Shown piece after piece: positions 29,386 to 32,000 of a stretch of DNA of 32,000 nucleotides. This stretch comes from Polynucleobacter necessarius. GTDB lineage: Bacteria > Pseudomonadota > Gammaproteobacteria > Burkholderiales > Burkholderiaceae. The position numbers were made by a program, and so were the translations under genes. The notes under the pieces are model-generated. The model saw only the letters and a list, made by a program, of their open reading frames with translations. It did no database searches and was not told the origin of the DNA. How positions within the stretch are numbered: position 1 is the first letter of the stretch; every line of letters starts with the position of its first letter. The stretch is from assembly GCF_900095195.1 (NCBI RefSeq), contig NZ_LT606950.1, positions 1,191,946 to 1,223,945 on the forward strand. The letters run 5' to 3'.

Positions 29386-30141
29386 ATGAGTACACCTTCT
29401 TTACCTAGACAATTTGCTCTCGATATCAGCCATACGCCCCAAGCAAGTCTAGAGAATTATTTACCTGGGAATGATCTAGCACTGGTATCGACGCTACACT
29501 CGCTGATCAAGAGTTGGAAAAGTAACGCTAACGCATTCGAGAGTAATCCACTGAATCGGCGCTGGTTCTATTGGTGGGGCTCGGAAGGATCAGGCAAATC
29601 ACATCTACTCGATGCGATGAAAAACGCTGCTAAAAGTTCCAACATTAAGCATTTCTCGCTGCATCCCAACGAACCTACTACTTGGGTGCGACTTGAGGAA
29701 CGCTTACCAACTCTAGTTCGAGACACCTCGCCGTCTGTGATCACGGTAGATGATGTTGAGCGCCTCGATGAGCAGATGGTTGGTGCATTATTTCGCATCT
29801 TGAATGAAGTTCAGGCCAGCAACAATATTCATATTTTTATGGCAGGTAACGCGGCTCCGGCACAGCTCACCCTACGCGAGGACCTCAGAACCCGTTTGGG
29901 CTGGGGTCTGATTTTCCAAACGCCATTACTTGATGATGATGAGAAAATACAGGCTTTAGAACAAGCGGCCAAAGCCAGGGGTTTGGTATTGTCCCCAGAA
30001 GTACTACCCTGGCTGATCAACCGCTTTTATCGTGATATGCCAAATTTAATGGCTTTAATTGATGCTTTAGATGCTTATTCATTAGAAACAAAACGTGCTG
30101 TAACCCTACCTCTCGTTCGCGAGCTCCTACAGCCAAAATAA
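29386..30141 (+). CDS. hda: DnaA-related regulatory protein Hda (DnaA inactivator)
   Basis: ..QFALDISHTPQASLENYLPGNDLALV..WFYWWGSEGSGKSHLLDAM..LRTRLGWGLIFQTPLLDDDEKIQALEQAAKARGL..NLMALIDALD. This matches the Hda pattern and the usual position next to purM/perM in Burkholderiales. Confidence 0.85.
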   Translation: MSTPSLPRQFALDISHTPQASLENYLPGNDLALVSTLHSLIKSWKSNANAFESNPLNRRWFYWWGSEGSGKSHLLDAMKNAAKSSNIKHFSLHPNEPTTWVRLEERLPTLVRDTSPSVITVDDVERLDEQMVGALFRILNEVQASNNIHIFMAGNAAPAQLTLREDLRTRLGWGLIFQTPLLDDDEKIQALEQAAKARGLVLSPEVLPWLINRFYRDMPNLMALIDALDAYSLETKRAVTLPLVRELLQPK

Positions 30142-30159
30142 CTGATTGATAGTTTATTT

Positions 30160-30840
30160 GTGACCCAGCTAGCCCTTTTTGATTTAGACCATACCCTATT
30201 GCCCTGTGACAACGATTATGAATGGGGTCAATTTTTAGCACGCATTGGTGTTGTGGATAGCGAGTACTACGCGCGTCAAAATGAACGCTTCTATCAGGAC
30301 TATAAAGACGGCAAACTGGATATACATGAATTTTTGCGGTTTGCCTTAAAGCCGCTGTCCGAACATTCGCGTGCGCAACTAAAAGAATGGCATGGTCAAT
30401 TTATGGAAGAAGTGATTAATAGTCATCTTCGCCAAAAAGCATTAGATTTACTAAAACAACATCAAGATGCCGGGGATCTTTGTTGTGTGGTGACGGCAAC
30501 TAACAGCTTTGTGACCCGCCCCATTGTTGAGCGTTTTGGCATCAAGCACCTAATTGCCACCGAACCCGCCACTCATGGGGATGATCCATCAGCCTCCTAC
30601 ACAGGCGAAGTTTTGGGAATTCCGAACTTTCGCGAAGGCAAAATTCAAAATTTGCACAGCTGGCTTAGCAAACAACATCTGAGTTTGCCGAACTTGCCGC
30701 GCAGTTATTTTTATTCAGACTCCATGAATGATCTGCCATTACTTGAGCAAGTAAGTCATCCGATTGCCACCAATCCAGATGACCGTCTGCGTAACGAAGC
30801 TCAAAAACGCAACTGGCCAATCCTTGAATTATTTGCATAA
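30160..30840 (+). CDS. HAD-IB superfamily hydrolase (SerB-like phosphatase family)
   Basis: GTG start. LALFDLDHTLL (motif I), VVTATNSFV (motif II), and YSDSMNDLPLL (motif IV). Confidence 0.85.
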   Translation: MTQLALFDLDHTLLPCDNDYEWGQFLARIGVVDSEYYARQNERFYQDYKDGKLDIHEFLRFALKPLSEHSRAQLKEWHGQFMEEVINSHLRQKALDLLKQHQDAGDLCCVVTATNSFVTRPIVERFGIKHLIATEPATHGDDPSASYTGEVLGIPNFREGKIQNLHSWLSKQHLSLPNLPRSYFYSDSMNDLPLLEQVSHPIATNPDDRLRNEAQKRNWPILELFA

Positions 30841-30863
30841 TTACCAAACTGATCAAACGTATC

Positions 30864-32000
30864 TTGCGGCGCGATCCAATGGATCGACATACTCATGCGA
30901 CCCATTCTGGCGCCCCGAAACGAATTCCCAAAAAATCCCATCGTATTGACCCGCACCTACTGTCAAAAAACGCCGTCAAAATTACCCAAACGTTGCAGCA
31001 AGCTGGCTTTGAGGCGTTCATCGTGGGTGGTGCAGTACGCGATCTCGTCTTAGGCATCGCGCCAAAAGATTTTGATGTAGCCACCAATGCTACCCGATCA
31101 AGTACAGCGACTATTTCGGAAGGCGCGTCTGATTGGTCGCCGCTTCCAGATTGTGCATGTGACGTTTTTTGGCAAGGGACACCCAGAAATTATTGAAGTC
31201 TCAACCTTCCGAGCTTTACTCAGTAACGCTGGAGACCATGTTGCCAAGAGCGGTCGTATTTTGCGTGACAACGTATGGGGCTCACAAGGTGAAGATGCTA
31301 CGCGACGCGACTTCACCATCAATGCCATGTATTACGCCCATCAACCGAGACTGTACTCGACTACCACGGTGGTATGGTCGATATGCAAAAGAAAACCTTA
31401 CGCATGATTGGTGATCCTACAAAGCGCTATCGCGAGGATCCAGTACGGATGTTAAAAGCAATTCGGTTTGCTGCTAAAACTGGCTTTACTTTAGATGCCG
31501 ATACTCGTGCGCCGATCGCCAAGTTTGGCAAACTATTACACGATGTTCCGCCGGCCAGACTCTTTGATGAAACTCTTAAGCTTTTGATGTCTGGTTATTC
31601 ATGGTCAGCAATTCAAGGCTTAAAGGATGCCGGACTTCACCATGGATTGCCTCCATTGCTCGATCATATCCTCGATGACAACGAAGCTTCAAAGGGAGCT
31701 AATGATTTTGTGAAATTGGCGCTGGCCAACACCGATCAGCGAATTCAGTCGGGCAAGAGTGTCTCGGCAGGATTTTTATTCGCAACGCTTCTGTGGCCCG
31801 ATCTACTAAAAAATTGGCAAGCCAATATCGCCAAAGGCATGGCCAATATTCCAGCTCTTCAAGGTGCGATGGATGAGACGATTGCCACCCAAAGTAGTGG
31901 CATAACCATCCAACGTCGCTTTGAGAGCGATATGCGAGAAATTTGGTCTATGCAATCGCGCTTTGAAAAGCGGGTTGGTCGCTATCCCTATCGACTGATT
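30864..32000 (+). pseudogene. pcnB: Poly(A) polymerase I, two frameshifts; 3' end beyond window
   Basis: Frame 0: ..IDPHLLSKNAVKITQTLQQAGFEAFIVGGAVRDLVLGIAPKDFDVATNAT. Frame 1 (~31095-31335): PDQVQRLFRKARLIGRRFQIVHVTFFGKGHPEIIEVSTFR..RDNVWGSQGEDATRRDFTINAMYY. Frame 0 again: PSTETVLDYHGGMVDMQKKTLRMIGDPTKRYREDPVRMLKAIRFAAKTGF.., running to the window end. Frame 0 hits TGA at 31194-31196 and frame 1 hits TGA at 31405-31407. Confidence 0.85.

Noticed and set aside
1-32000. Search for CRISPR repeats, tRNA/rRNA, IS/transposase/integrase genes, toxin-antitoxin or defence islands
   Set aside because: I recognised no regularly spaced direct repeats, cloverleaf-like segments, or recombinase/transposase-like ORFs. 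All sizeable ORFs are accounted for by housekeeping genes or their remnants.
1-32000. Explaining all disruptions as sequencing errors
   Set aside because: Several lesions are not homopolymer-type and are mutually reinforcing within single genes. These are the 10-nt dut deletion, the 7-nt ppnP duplication, five in-frame stop codons, and the livH/livM deletion. Only the homopolymer-associated shifts remain plausible error candidates.

Overview
This window is a core-chromosome segment whose gene content and local synteny are typical of Burkholderiales betaproteobacteria. The gene groups are ispH-fkpB / radC-rpmB-rpmG; Sun-family methyltransferase-purN / ribF-ileS-lspA-coaBC-dut; clpA-clpS / cspA; argG-argF; rpsT / murJ; dedA / miaA; and purM / AI-2E permease-hda-HAD-pcnB. 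I saw no rRNA, tRNA, CRISPR array, IS or transposase, prophage, or recognisable defence, toxin or secondary-metabolite cluster, and I cannot honestly point to a novel multi-gene system. The unusual property is gene erosion. About 10 of roughly 36 protein-coding loci are visibly inactivated when conserved motifs are followed across reading frames: livK, livM, livG, radC, dut, a TAXI-type solute receptor, ppnP, a DUF3579 gene, a sirB1-like gene and pcnB. In addition, ribF has no stop codon and reads in frame into ileS as a 1267-aa ORF, and the AI-2E permease may lack its first helix. The lesions include frameshifts (some in homopolymer runs), in-frame TAG/TAA codons, a 10-nt deletion in dut, a 7-nt duplication in ppnP, and a deletion that removed all of livH plus most of livM. 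Translation, cofactor, nucleotide, arginine and envelope genes remain intact, while transport, salvage and RNA-turnover genes decay. This fits a recently host-restricted, genome-reducing lineage. My guess, from synteny and composition only, is a Polynucleobacter necessarius-type endosymbiont. All frame assignments were made by eye from the sequence and from remembered family motifs; no database search was possible.
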